Assembly: GCA_030650995.1 (NCBI GenBank) | Contig: JAUSCY010000015.1 | Coordinates: 3,951-67,950, forward strand | Direction: 5' to 3' | Origin: Sheuella sp. | GTDB taxonomy: Bacteria; Pseudomonadota; Gammaproteobacteria; Burkholderiales; Burkholderiaceae_B | Length of the DNA stretch: 64,000 nucleotides | In this document: positions 1 through 9,144 of the stretch, piece after piece | Position numbering within the stretch: position 1 is the stretch's first letter | Layout of the letters: the number at the start of each line of letters is the position of its first letter | Notes under the pieces: model-generated | Databases searched by the model: none | What the model saw: only the letters and a program-made list of their open reading frames with translations | Told to the model about the DNA's origin: nothing | Program-made: the position numbers and the translations under genes

Positions 1-590
1 CTGGTACCGATTGCAATCGCGAGCGCATCGAGCTGGGTGCGGCGCACAAAATCAGCGGCTTGCTCGGGGTCAGTCAGCAACTGATCCATGGTCAGCTTGC
101 CATCCGCACCGTGGCCGTCTTCCTTGTCGCCTTCCATGGTCTCGAGCGAGCCCAGACAGCCAAGTTCTCCTTCAACGGTGACACCAAGCTTGTGCGCCAT
201 ATCGACAACTTGCCTTGTTACAGCGACGTTGTAATCGTAGTCGGCAATGGTTTTGCCGTCTTCTTTGAGCGAACCGTCCATCATGACACTTGAAAATCCG
301 AGGTCAATCGCACCCTGACAGATCTTAGGTGACTGTCCGTGATCCTGGTGCATGACAACCGGGATGTGTGGATAAGACTCAACAGCAGCCTGAATCAGAT
401 ACTTCAGGAAACCTTCACCGGCGTACTTACGCGCACCAGCCGATGCCTGCATGATCACAGGACTGTCGGTCTGTGCAGCCGCTTCCATGATGGCCTGGAC
501 CTGTTCGAGGTTATTCACGTTGAAAGCGGGAATGCCGTAACCATGCTCGGCGGCATGATCAAGAAGCTGGCGCATAGAGACGAGGGCCAT
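1..590 (-). CDS. fba: Class II fructose-bisphosphate aldolase (partial; C-terminus lies beyond the window start)
   Basis: Not in the ORF track because it is truncated. My minus-strand translation from ATG at 590-588 gives [38 protein letters not shown]...VVMHQDHG...[10 protein letters not shown] with no stop down to position 1. This is a typical class II FBA. Confidence 0.9.
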   Translation of the reverse strand, partial: MALVSMRQLLDHAAEHGYGIPAFNVNNLEQVQAIMEAAAQTDSPVIMQASAGARKYAGEGFLKYLIQAAVESYPHIPVVMHQDHGQSPKICQGAIDLGFSSVMMDGSLKEDGKTIADYDYNVAVTRQVVDMAHKLGVTVEGELGCLGSLETMEGDKEDGHGADGKLTMDQLLTDPEQAADFVRRTQLDALAIAIGT

Positions 591-728
591 GAAGAATCCT
601 TTTTTAGAGCAAAATGATAAGGTTGATCGTTAATTAACGCGTTATTTTACGGCAGCGTTACAGTATTTGCCCCAACTCGGCCGAAAAGTCGGTTTTGGCC
701 CTTAGATTCCGCTTTAAGTGAGCTCCAG

Positions 729-1928
729 ATGACTGATTCAAACCCTGCAACAAAAACTGCCGCCGTCAGGGAGAAACCCCCTGCGCAGGCAACGCCCGCG
801 GGAGTCCAGACCATCAACTGGACCCACCAGGACCAGCCTGTCAGCGCAATCTGGCACTCGGAAAATGGCTGGACACCTCCTAAGCGTTGCATAGTGGCCG
901 ATGACACCATGACAGCTGATACCGCTTACCGCTATGCCAGCGAAGGCGTAGGACTGATCTGGACGGGTGATTTTCAAAACGCCCGACAACTGCTCCAGGC
1001 ACTTGGACGCCGCACCGCAAAGCGCCGCAGCAAATACACTGACATGCCTTATCCGGACCGTTTTCATCAAGTCCGGCTTGCGCGCGCCCAACGCGCCCGG
1101 ACACTTGGCATGCTGCTGATGCCGGTCGAGGCGAACCACGTTCTGAAACAACGACGTGCACCCGATGTCACCGAGGCGTGTCTGGCCGCCTACGGTCAGG
1201 ATAAGCATGGCTACGTAGTGCCGATGAGCGAACTGCTCGGTGTAATCAGCGCCTTTGAATGGCGTAAGAAAGGTGTCCACATCCCAGCACTGCATGCCAG
1301 TATTCACGCCCATTACGGCGTTTTTGCACCGGTGCGGGCCGAATACCTTGATCTGATCATGCGTGCGAAATTAGGCCACACGGAATTAGCCTTCGATATC
1401 GGCACGGGAACAGGCGTCATCGCTGCGCTTTTGGCTCAACGTGGTGTCGAGCGCGTCGTCGCCACAGATTCAAGCCCTAAGGCAATTGAATGCGCCCGCG
1501 AAAACATTCGTGCGCTCAAACTCGAAAACCAGATCAAACTGCGCACTGTCGATCTCTTTCCAGAGGGGCGAGCTGACCTGATTGTTTGCAATCCACCCTG
1601 GCTGCCAGGGCGCCCAGCCTCAAATCTTGAGCATGCCATCTACGATCAGGATCAGCGCATGCTTAGAGGCCTGCTCAATGGCGCGCATGAGCATCTCAAT
1701 GCGCAAGGTGAGGTCTGGCTCATCCTGTCCGATCTGGCAGAGCATCTCAAGCTGCGCAGCCGTGCAGACTTGTTAGCGTTATTTGACGATGCCGGGCTCG
1801 ACGTTATCGAACGCCTTGATACCCGTCCGGTCCACCCGAAATCCAAAGACGAAGAGGACCCCCTGGCAGATGCCAGAAAGCTTGAGGTCACCTCTTTGTG
1901 GCGCCTGCAAATTCAGGAAGAAAATTAA
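729..1928 (+). CDS. Class I SAM-dependent methyltransferase (HemK/PrmC-like NPPW type) with a long N-terminal extension
   Basis: 399 aa ORF. SAM motif I is FDIGTGTGVIA (about aa 222-232) and the catalytic-type motif is VCNPPWLP (aa 287-294). The first ~185 aa have no motif I recognise. Confidence 0.7.
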   Translation: MTDSNPATKTAAVREKPPAQATPAGVQTINWTHQDQPVSAIWHSENGWTPPKRCIVADDTMTADTAYRYASEGVGLIWTGDFQNARQLLQALGRRTAKRRSKYTDMPYPDRFHQVRLARAQRARTLGMLLMPVEANHVLKQRRAPDVTEACLAAYGQDKHGYVVPMSELLGVISAFEWRKKGVHIPALHASIHAHYGVFAPVRAEYLDLIMRAKLGHTELAFDIGTGTGVIAALLAQRGVERVVATDSSPKAIECARENIRALKLENQIKLRTVDLFPEGRADLIVCNPPWLPGRPASNLEHAIYDQDQRMLRGLLNGAHEHLNAQGEVWLILSDLAEHLKLRSRADLLALFDDAGLDVIERLDTRPVHPKSKDEEDPLADARKLEVTSLWRLQIQEEN

Positions 1929-1953
1929 AACGTGCTGAGCCCGGGACTATGTA

Positions 1954-1984
1954 CTGCCTATGCAATGTATAGGCAGGTTTTTTC
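1954..1984 (+). terminator. Rho-independent terminator after the methyltransferase gene
   Basis: 8-bp stem ctgcctat/ataggcag with a 7-nt loop, followed by gTTTTTT, 26 nt after the stop codon. Confidence 0.7.
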
Positions 1985-1987
1985 AAC

Positions 1988-2611
1988 TCAGGCCACGGGC
2001 GGGCGGCGTGCTGACTTCGGGCGAAAAGCCTTCACGATCTCATCGCGCGTTTCTATGTAAGGGCCACCAATCAAATCAATGCAGTATGGAACTGCAGCAA
2101 AAATCCCAGACACAACCGAGCTGCCATCTTCTTTTTTCAGGCCTTCAAGGGTTTCACTGATGGCTTTGGGTTGACCAGGCAAATTAATGATCAATGCGGC
2201 ATGATCTGGCGTCTCACGCAAAACAGCCACCTGACGCGACAGAATAGCGGTTGGAACAAACTGCAAACTGATCTGGCGCATCTGCTCACCAAACCCAGGC
2301 ATTTCACGTGTTGCCACCGCCTGCGTCGCCTCGGGTGTCACATCCCGCCGCGCAGGCCCTGTACCGCCAGTGGTCAAGACAAGATGGCAACGTTCAACAT
2401 CGACCAGCTCGATCAGGGCCGCTGATATCGTTGCAGCATCGTCTTGCACGAGACGAGTCACGATGTGCAGGGCGTTAGTCACCGCGCCCTCCAACCATGC
2501 CTGTAACGCGGGAATCCCCTGGTCGGCATACACACCCTGGGAGGCACGATCCGAAACAGAAACAAGTCCCACACGTAAGGTGTCTGGGTTAGGGGCAACA
2601 GAATTTGTCAT
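1988..2611 (-). CDS. mog: Molybdopterin adenylyltransferase MogA
   Basis: 207 aa, near-colinear with E. coli MogA: RVGLVSVSDRAS.GVY.D.GIPAL, HLVLTTGGTGPARRDVTPEAT, REMPGFGEQMRQISL.FVPTAILSRQ, NLPGQPK. Confidence 0.9.
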   Translation of the reverse strand: MTNSVAPNPDTLRVGLVSVSDRASQGVYADQGIPALQAWLEGAVTNALHIVTRLVQDDAATISAALIELVDVERCHLVLTTGGTGPARRDVTPEATQAVATREMPGFGEQMRQISLQFVPTAILSRQVAVLRETPDHAALIINLPGQPKAISETLEGLKKEDGSSVVSGIFAAVPYCIDLIGGPYIETRDEIVKAFRPKSARRPPVA

Positions 2612-2772
2612 GAACGGTTCACAAAATAATTAAAAACGAGAAAAAACAAGTAAGTGCAAGCGTTAATGTACTCAAAAGTACAGGTCTACACCTCAGTATT
2701 TCCTGTTCAGTGATTTCTATGTGACATATTTATTACAAGTAAACTACGCCAAATCCACTTCCGGCGTCAAAC

Positions 2773-4248
2773 ATGTTTGATCTTTTTTCTGGACTGACCC
2801 CTCTGGTCACCATCAGTCTGATTCTCGCTTTGGCGTTCGTACTAGCTTTCGAGTTCATCAACGGTTTCCACGATACAGCCAACGCCGTAGCAACGATCAT
2901 TTACACCAAAGCCATGCCGCCTCACTTTGCCGTCATCGCTTCAGGTTTTTTTAATTTTTTAGGTGTTTTGCTTGGTGGAGTGGGTGTTGCGTACGCCATT
3001 GTGCACTTGTTACCCGTTGAGTTACTGATAGATGTAGATACCAACCGTGGACTGATCATGGTTTTTTCTATGCTCACAGCCGCGATCGCCTGGAATCTAG
3101 GCACCTGGTATTTCGGCATTCCCGCTTCGAGCTCGCACACGCTGATCGGTTCAATCCTGGGTGTTGGCTTAGCCAATGCGTGGATGACAGGCCTCCCGCT
3201 TCAGGATGGCGTGAACTGGCGCAAAGCGATTGAAATCGGTATGTCACTGGTCTTGTCGCCTCTGGCCGGCTTTGTTCTGGCCGGTCTGATGCTAATCCTT
3301 CTCAAGTACTGGCAGCCATTGTCCAAAATGCACGTAACTCCCGGGCAACGCCGTGAGTTGGTAGAAAAGAAAAGACCTCCTTTCTGGAATCGCGTTGTCC
3401 TGATCGCCTCGGGCATGGGGATGAGTTTTGTACATGGATCCAACGACGGCCAAAAGGGTATAGGCCTGATCATGCTGGTATTAATTGGTATCGTGCCTGC
3501 CAAGTTCGTCCTCGACTTTGACGCCACGCCCTACCAGATCAAGCGAAGCTACGATGCAGCGCTGCATCTGAGCGATTTTTACGAGCGCAATAGCCACACC
3601 CTGGGGGAGTTTTTAATGCTGGACAAAGCTGATCGTCAAAATGATCTGCCCAAGGTTTATCGTTGCGATCCTACTACGACCATGGCGACCATCACCGCAC
3701 TGCGGACCTCTTTAGATGGCGTGCGTGACGTACAGCAAATGACCCCGGAATCCCGCATCGAAGCGCGTCGCTATTTATTGTGCCTGGACGATACTGCGCG
3801 CAAAGTAGCAGCCCTCCCCGGTCTGCCTGCCCGGGAGAAATCAGACCTGGCCAAACTGCGCAAAGATCTGGTCGCCACCACGGAGTATTCGCCATTCTGG
3901 GTCATCCTGGCCGTAGCACTCGCACTCGGTTTGGGAACGATGGTAGGCTGGAGACGCGTTGTTAAAACTGTAGGTGAAAAAATCGGCAAAGCGGGTATGA
4001 CCTATGCACAGGGAATGTGCGCGCAAGTCACGGCCGTTATTATGATCGGCATGGCAAACGTCTACAGCCTGCCCGTCTCAACAACACATGTACTGTCATC
4101 CGGCGTCGCAGGGACCATGGTTGCGAACCGCAGTGGTCTGCATCAAAGCACGGTCAAAACCATTATGACTGCCTGGGTGCTGACCCTGCCGGCATCTATG
4201 TTTCTTTCAGCGAGCTTGTTTTGGCTCGCATCGCAATTCATCAAGTAA
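2773..4248 (+). CDS. pitA: Low-affinity inorganic phosphate transporter (PiT family)
   Basis: 491 aa polytopic protein. The N-terminus FEFINGFHDTANAVATIIYTKAM and GIPASSSHTLIGSILG are highly similar to E. coli PitA. Confidence 0.9.
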   Translation: MFDLFSGLTPLVTISLILALAFVLAFEFINGFHDTANAVATIIYTKAMPPHFAVIASGFFNFLGVLLGGVGVAYAIVHLLPVELLIDVDTNRGLIMVFSMLTAAIAWNLGTWYFGIPASSSHTLIGSILGVGLANAWMTGLPLQDGVNWRKAIEIGMSLVLSPLAGFVLAGLMLILLKYWQPLSKMHVTPGQRRELVEKKRPPFWNRVVLIASGMGMSFVHGSNDGQKGIGLIMLVLIGIVPAKFVLDFDATPYQIKRSYDAALHLSDFYERNSHTLGEFLMLDKADRQNDLPKVYRCDPTTTMATITALRTSLDGVRDVQQMTPESRIEARRYLLCLDDTARKVAALPGLPAREKSDLAKLRKDLVATTEYSPFWVILAVALALGLGTMVGWRRVVKTVGEKIGKAGMTYAQGMCAQVTAVIMIGMANVYSLPVSTTHVLSSGVAGTMVANRSGLHQSTVKTIMTAWVLTLPASMFLSASLFWLASQFIK

Positions 4249-4255
4249 AGAATGA

Positions 4256-4293
4256 CTCTGGCCATTGACTCACCAACGGGTCAATGGCCAGAG
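4256..4293. terminator. Perfect 14-bp-stem hairpin between convergent pitA and the ABC permease gene (no U-tract)
   Basis: ctctggccattgac (4256-4269) pairs perfectly with gtcaatggccagag (4280-4293) around a 10-nt loop. There is no T-run on either side, so function as an intrinsic terminator is uncertain. Confidence 0.4.
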
Positions 4294-4331
4294 CACTGTC
4301 TCAAGCGTGAGTGACTAGAAGAAAAAACACT

Positions 4332-5108
4332 TCAGCGGCTTTTGCTCCTATAGCTGTAAAGCTCTCTGAACGCCGTATCAAGCAAAAAGCCCAAGAGACC
4401 AATCAGCACGACCGTGGCCATCAGCTCGTGATAAGCCAGCCGATCACGCGTGTCGAGAATGAAATAACCCAGACCGGCTGAGACACCCAGCATCTCGCAC
4501 GGCACCAGCACAATCCAGACGATACCGATTGCCAGGCGCGTACCTGTCAGAATATGACCGAGTATGCCTGGAATAATCACACCCTTGAGCGTCTCCCACC
4601 GTGTAGCGCTCAAGGACTGTGCCAATTGCATCCAGCGCCCGTCGAGCTGCTTAACCCCAGCAAGGGTGTTGAGCATAATCGGCCACATCGCCGCAAAAGC
4701 CAGCAAAAAATAAACTGGTTTATCACCGACACCAAACGCCATCACTGCAATCGGCATCCATGAAAGCGGTGAAATCATGCGCAAGAATTGAAATGCTGGC
4801 GATAGCGTGGCACTCATGGTTGCTGAAGCACCGAGCAATAAACCCAAGGGCACGCCAACAAGCAAGGCGAAGCCAAGTCCAACCGCTACACGCTGCAGAC
4901 TCACATAGATATGAATCCAGATCTCATGGCCTTGCAGCATGGAGAACAGTGTAGTCAGTGAGGGGCCAGGCGCAAAGCGCTGACCCATGCCTCCTGCGGC
5001 TGAAAAAGGCACGGTCAGTAACCACCAGACACCTAGCAAAGCAAGCATGCCAACAACGCCTAGCACTGCACGCCCGAAAACATTACGCGTCAAAACATTA
5101 ATACTCAT
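4332..5108 (-). CDS. ABC transporter permease, NitT/TauT (nitrate/sulfonate/bicarbonate) family
   Basis: 258 aa with about 6 TM segments. It is the last gene of the ATPase-SBP-permease string, and its start overlaps the SBP stop (ATGA-type overlap at 5105-5108). Confidence 0.8.
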   Translation of the reverse strand: MSINVLTRNVFGRAVLGVVGMLALLGVWWLLTVPFSAAGGMGQRFAPGPSLTTLFSMLQGHEIWIHIYVSLQRVAVGLGFALLVGVPLGLLLGASATMSATLSPAFQFLRMISPLSWMPIAVMAFGVGDKPVYFLLAFAAMWPIMLNTLAGVKQLDGRWMQLAQSLSATRWETLKGVIIPGILGHILTGTRLAIGIVWIVLVPCEMLGVSAGLGYFILDTRDRLAYHELMATVVLIGLLGFLLDTAFRELYSYRSKSR

Positions 5109-6298
5109 GTCAACTCGATGACTTCCTTACGGTCATACCCTGGAGGCTGACCAAATTTTTCAAGACCACCGACCGCTTCAATCGCACGCTTTACAAAACG
5201 ATCATCTACCAATTGTGCAGCAGCTGTCTTACCATCCAGATTCGCCAGAAAGCCGCGATCCGCTTCGATCAATGTCTGCTTGAGTCGGGCGACCAGCTCC
5301 TCTGTATAACTTGGATACGGATATGGCTGAAAATCAATACGTTTTTCCTGCCACGCGGGATGTCGGATCGCACGTGAGGCAAGATAAGTCTGCGTATCAG
5401 ATGCTGGTGGCGCAAGCACCTTCGTCAAGGCAGGCAAGCCGTGTGGTGTGTAGTGATTGGCGCCTTCCTTGGAAAGTAACTGAGCGGTTTCTGCGCGATG
5501 GTCACGAATCCAGAGCTGCGCGCGCACGATGGCGTCAACCACTTTCTGAGACCATTCAGGGCGCTGCTCCAGATCACGCTCATGCATAAACACTGTGCAG
5601 CAAGCATGATTTTTCCAGACATCACCGGTGAAACGCAACACCTTGCCTATGCCCATGGTTTCTGCAACGGCGTTAAATGGCTCAGCTACGATGTAACCAG
5701 AAATATTACGTGCAGCCAGCGCAGGAGGCATATCCGCAGGAGCCATGACCACCAGATTGACTTCATCAGCGCCAGGCTTGCCTTGCTTACTGGACACGGG
5801 CTTTAAACCAGCATCGCGCAACATGGCTTGCAGAACTACGTTATGTATCGAATACCAGAAAGGAATCGCGACGGTCTTGCCACCCAGATCCTTGAGTTCG
5901 TTGATATCTGGCGATACAGTCACAGCCGAGCCATCAACGTGATTCCAGGCTACAACCTTAGCGGGAACTTTGCTGCCAAAGCGCGCCCAGATCGTCATTG
6001 GCGAAAGCAGATGAACCACATTAACCTGACCGGAGATAAACGCCTCAATCAGCTGAGCCCAGCTGCGCAGCATGACGGGTTTTTCAACCTCAACGCCGGC
6101 GTCTTTAAAGTAACCGTTGTTATGCGCGACCAATAAAGGGGCAGCATCGGTGATCGGCAAATAACCAATTTTCACGGGACCATCAGACTTACCCTGCGCC
6201 TGGGCGTTAAAGGCCGACAGCAGCGGGGCCGCACCCGCAACAGTCAGCAGGCTCGATAATTTAATCATCTCGCGACGCGTGATATGTTCAAGACACAT
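5105..6298 (-). CDS. ABC transporter periplasmic substrate-binding protein, NrtA/CmpA/SsuA-like
   Basis: 397 aa. The N-terminus has a twin-arginine-like TRREMIKLSSLLTVAGAAPLL..AQA signal, followed by PVKIGYLPITDAAPLLVA, typical of NrtA/SsuA-type binding proteins. The start is uncertain (alternative Met at 6268). Confidence 0.75.
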   Translation of the reverse strand: MCLEHITRREMIKLSSLLTVAGAAPLLSAFNAQAQGKSDGPVKIGYLPITDAAPLLVAHNNGYFKDAGVEVEKPVMLRSWAQLIEAFISGQVNVVHLLSPMTIWARFGSKVPAKVVAWNHVDGSAVTVSPDINELKDLGGKTVAIPFWYSIHNVVLQAMLRDAGLKPVSSKQGKPGADEVNLVVMAPADMPPALAARNISGYIVAEPFNAVAETMGIGKVLRFTGDVWKNHACCTVFMHERDLEQRPEWSQKVVDAIVRAQLWIRDHRAETAQLLSKEGANHYTPHGLPALTKVLAPPASDTQTYLASRAIRHPAWQEKRIDFQPYPYPSYTEELVARLKQTLIEADRGFLANLDGKTAAAQLVDDRFVKRAIEAVGGLEKFGQPPGYDRKEVIELT

Positions 6299-7148
6299 GA
6301 GCTATTTCCTTTGATTCAATATTTTTTTGTACAACATCATTATTTTTTGATTTGCTTGTGTGCGGGTGTAAAGCGCGATGCAACGTTCGAAGTATTTCGA
6401 TTCGCAGCTGACCCAGCTCTTCGACCAGATCATCGCGAGGTTGTGCATAAGCGATTTTCCACTCCCCGATTGCGTGAGCGGGCGCACCACCCAGCAACAC
6501 GATGCGATCAGCGACCTGCAGTGCTTCATCGATGTCATGGGTGATCAATACTGCAGCGGTACCCAGATCCTCTCGCAGCTTCAAAAGTAAGCGCTGCATG
6601 GCAGCACGTGTCACCTCGTCGAGCGCACCAAAGGGTTCGTCAAGCAAAATCACCTCAGGCTGACGTGCTACACAGCGCGCGAGCGCAGTGCGTTGTGCCA
6701 TGCCGCCTGACAGTTCTGCGGGCATGCGATGTCGTGCGTGTTCGAGTCCGACTTCCCGAATCGCAGCAGTGACACGCTGGGTTTTTTCAGTTGTAGTGAG
6801 ATGAGGCTGATGACGAAAATCAAGTCCAAATGCGACGTTTTTTTCAAGTGTTAACCAAGGCAGCAAACTGGGATCCTGGAATGCCATCGCCACACGGGGA
6901 TGCGTTCCATCGATGGGCTCTCCGTCTACCAATACCTTTCCGGCGGATGCCTTTTGCAAGCCAGCCAATATACGCAGCAAACTGGACTTACCCACACCGC
7001 TCGGCCCCAGGATCGCGACGATCTCACCTGCAGCAACACTGATATTCAGGCCTTCAATGAGTGGCGCAGCATCCCCATACTGCAAACGCAGGTCTTGAGC
7101 TTGCAAAACATAAGGGGTGGATTCGAGTGGCCCGGCATTCATATTCAT
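6288..7148 (-). CDS. ABC transporter ATP-binding protein (NitT/TauT family)
   Basis: 286 aa with Walker A GPSGVGKSS, signature LSGGMAQR and Walker B ILLDEPFGALD. A C-terminal tail overlaps the SBP start by 11 nt. Confidence 0.9.
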   Translation of the reverse strand: MNMNAGPLESTPYVLQAQDLRLQYGDAAPLIEGLNISVAAGEIVAILGPSGVGKSSLLRILAGLQKASAGKVLVDGEPIDGTHPRVAMAFQDPSLLPWLTLEKNVAFGLDFRHQPHLTTTEKTQRVTAAIREVGLEHARHRMPAELSGGMAQRTALARCVARQPEVILLDEPFGALDEVTRAAMQRLLLKLREDLGTAAVLITHDIDEALQVADRIVLLGGAPAHAIGEWKIAYAQPRDDLVEELGQLRIEILRTLHRALHPHTSKSKNNDVVQKNIESKEIAHVS

Positions 7149-7323
7149 TCAGTCGGCGCACCTTGAGTCGGGCGCCCTACAGTCCATAGGATATATTCAC
7201 GTCCGTTTGGCGGACAAGGATAGGGAGTTTAGGTCAATCCCTATATATCCGAAATGACTGATAAGTAATTTGCTTATAACTAAAATGAATTGAAATGATT
7301 GTCTGAAAAATTCAGCTGATCTT

Positions 7324-7632
7324 CTATTTCAACAGTGAGAGACGACCACGCAAATGACGTACCTCTTCCATGAGATCCACCATCAAAGCAGCAGCATCAA
7401 GATTCACTTCAAAATCGCGTTGCAAGCGTGCGACATCCCGGGCGCGTACAACGGAAACACTCGTGAACACCCACTGTCCAGAGGCGTGTGCCTTCGTCGC
7501 TGGAACAACGCCCTGATCCACCAGACTCAATACCCAATCGGTCTGTTGCTCACAAAAACGAGCCAGCTCATCAAGTGTGATGGGAGCCTCGTGGTCGACT
7601 AACTGAGCGGTGCAAATCGTGACTGACTTCAT
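7324..7632 (-). CDS. cbpM: Chaperone modulator CbpM (MerR-like HTH fold)
   Basis: 102 aa, overlapping the stop of the upstream DnaJ-like gene by 4 nt. This is the classic cbpA-cbpM arrangement and size. Confidence 0.75.
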   Translation of the reverse strand: MKSVTICTAQLVDHEAPITLDELARFCEQQTDWVLSLVDQGVVPATKAHASGQWVFTSVSVVRARDVARLQRDFEVNLDAAALMVDLMEEVRHLRGRLSLLK

Positions 7633-8630
7633 GACTGGACTCCCAAATGACGGCGTGGATTAAAAGCCGCAGCACTGGCAAGTTGTTGATAGGCTGCGCG
7701 TGTCGCCTCATTATCTGCAGGTGGCCACGCGATATCGAGAATCAGATAGAGGTCGCCCGCAGGATCTCCAGGCAAGCCTTTGCCCCGCAAACGCAACTTA
7801 CCGCCTTGTTTAGTTCCAGCAGGGATATTGACTTCCACCTCACCTTGCATCGTGGGAGCATGCACCTGACCGCCTAAAGCAGCCTCCCAAGGGGTAATTG
7901 GCAAATGCATACTCAGATCACGCCCATCGGCCTTATAGACCGCATGCGGGGCAAAACGTACTGTCAGGAACAAATCACCCGCTTGCCCTCCACCCTCACC
8001 TGGCATGCCCTGACCAGCCAGACGAATCATCTGACCCTCTTTGACACCGGTTGGAATCCGAACGCTCAGCGTGCGCGTCCCCATAAAGGGACTCCCCTGC
8101 TCATCGAGCTGAACAGAACGCAGGCTCAGTTCGCGCGTGACTCCTGAAAAACTGTCTTCGAGACTAATTTCTATCTCTGCGTGATGATCTTCACCTCGCA
8201 TTTTGAAGGTATGACCGCCCCCCTGGCCGGCTGAAAAGCCCTGACCAGGGTGTGCGCCGCCCTGCCCGGCAGCGTAGCCCTGGCGTTTGCGAGCAGCTTG
8301 TTTAAACATGCCATTCAGAAAATCATTGAAATCCGCATCGCCCGCACCGCCGGCACCGGAAAACTCAAAATCACGTTCCCAACCTGGTGGAGGCGCCGCG
8401 CCATTGCCACCAGAAAGGCCTGCAGCCAGCGCATCATATTCCGCGCGCTTCTCTGCATCGCGCAGTACATCGTTGGCCTCATTCAGATCGCGCATGCGCT
8501 TTTCCGCATCCGGCTCCTTGCTGACATCGGGATGATATTTACGGGCAAGCTTACGGTAGGCCTTGCGGATATCGTCCTGCGAGGCATCGCGGGGTACTTC
8601 AAGGATCTTGTAGTAGTCTTTGAATTCCAT
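7629..8630 (-). CDS. cbpA: Curved-DNA-binding DnaJ-like co-chaperone CbpA
   Basis: J-domain MEFKDYYKILEV...YRKLARKYHPDV, a Gly-rich linker and DnaJ C-terminal domains, with no zinc-finger CxxCxGxG repeats. I chose the Met at 8630 (MEFKDYY) rather than the ORF-track start at 8657. Confidence 0.85.
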   Translation of the reverse strand: MEFKDYYKILEVPRDASQDDIRKAYRKLARKYHPDVSKEPDAEKRMRDLNEANDVLRDAEKRAEYDALAAGLSGGNGAAPPPGWERDFEFSGAGGAGDADFNDFLNGMFKQAARKRQGYAAGQGGAHPGQGFSAGQGGGHTFKMRGEDHHAEIEISLEDSFSGVTRELSLRSVQLDEQGSPFMGTRTLSVRIPTGVKEGQMIRLAGQGMPGEGGGQAGDLFLTVRFAPHAVYKADGRDLSMHLPITPWEAALGGQVHAPTMQGEVEVNIPAGTKQGGKLRLRGKGLPGDPAGDLYLILDIAWPPADNEATRAAYQQLASAAAFNPRRHLGVQS

Positions 8631-8721
8631 ATGCAAGGTGGCTCGAAGCGCACCCAAAAGGTGAATATATGTTCACAATGAGGGCAAAACCGATAAATAT
8701 CAAGTCAAACTCAGTAAAAAT

Positions 8722-9051
8722 ATGCAAATTCAAAACATTCCGTTTGGTACAACTGACTGGTCAATGATCCCGGTGACCGAGCATCCGGGCACGACGGGCA
8801 AAGCCTTTTGGCGCACTTGCCAGTTCGGCACGATCCGCGTCAGGATGGTCGAGTACAGCCCAGGATATCTGGCAGATCACTGGTGCGAAAAAGGGCATAT
8901 TCTGCTTTGCTTGTCGGGCACACTACACACAGCGCTCAAGGACGGCCGGACTTTTGATCTCACGCCAGGAATGAGTTATCAGGTTGCTGATGGCGCGGAA
9001 CCCCATCAGTCGTCGACACAACAAGGCGCGACACTTTTTATTGTCGACTAG
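8722..9051 (+). CDS. Small cupin-fold protein (the so-called DHCW-motif cupin family)
   Basis: 109 aa containing VRMVEYSPGYLADHWCEKGHILLCL and MSYQVADGAEPH, which match my memory of this conserved cupin family. Function is unknown. Confidence 0.6.
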   Translation: MQIQNIPFGTTDWSMIPVTEHPGTTGKAFWRTCQFGTIRVRMVEYSPGYLADHWCEKGHILLCLSGTLHTALKDGRTFDLTPGMSYQVADGAEPHQSSTQQGATLFIVD

Positions 9052-9083
9052 TTTGGTGATCGACATGCCTGAATAATCAATGC

Positions 9084-9118
9084 AAAAAAATCACCCCGCC
9101 TTCATGACTCTGGCGGGG
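9084..9118 (-). terminator. Rho-independent terminator downstream of pgk
   Basis: On the minus strand: ccccgcc-agagtcatgaa-ggcgggg, then tgaTTTTTTT, about 27 nt after the pgk stop. Confidence 0.75.
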
Positions 9119-9144
9119 CGAACAACCTTTCAAAAACAGCTCAA

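Noticed and set aside
2695-2740. Possible Pho box upstream of pitA (ctgttcagtgatttctatgtgacat)
   Set aside because: It is a poor match to the CTGTCAT-N4-CTGTCAT consensus at 11-bp phasing, and pitA-type transporters are usually not Pho-regulated.
7149-7260. Possible TPP (THI-box) riboswitch ahead of the NMT1/SsuA-like ABC operon
   Set aside because: The conserved CUGAGA and ACCUGAUCUGGAUAAUGCCAGCG-type core elements are absent on the minus strand. Only generic hairpins are present, and these are reported as an unclassified structured leader instead.
8661-8676. GTGAATATAT 10-mer shared between the cbpA/cupin promoter region (as part of GTGAA-N6-TTCAC) and the ABC leader (complement of 7191-7200)
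   Set aside because: A single shared 10-mer in 128 kb of two-strand sequence is close to chance expectation, and the second copy lacks the inverted half-site.
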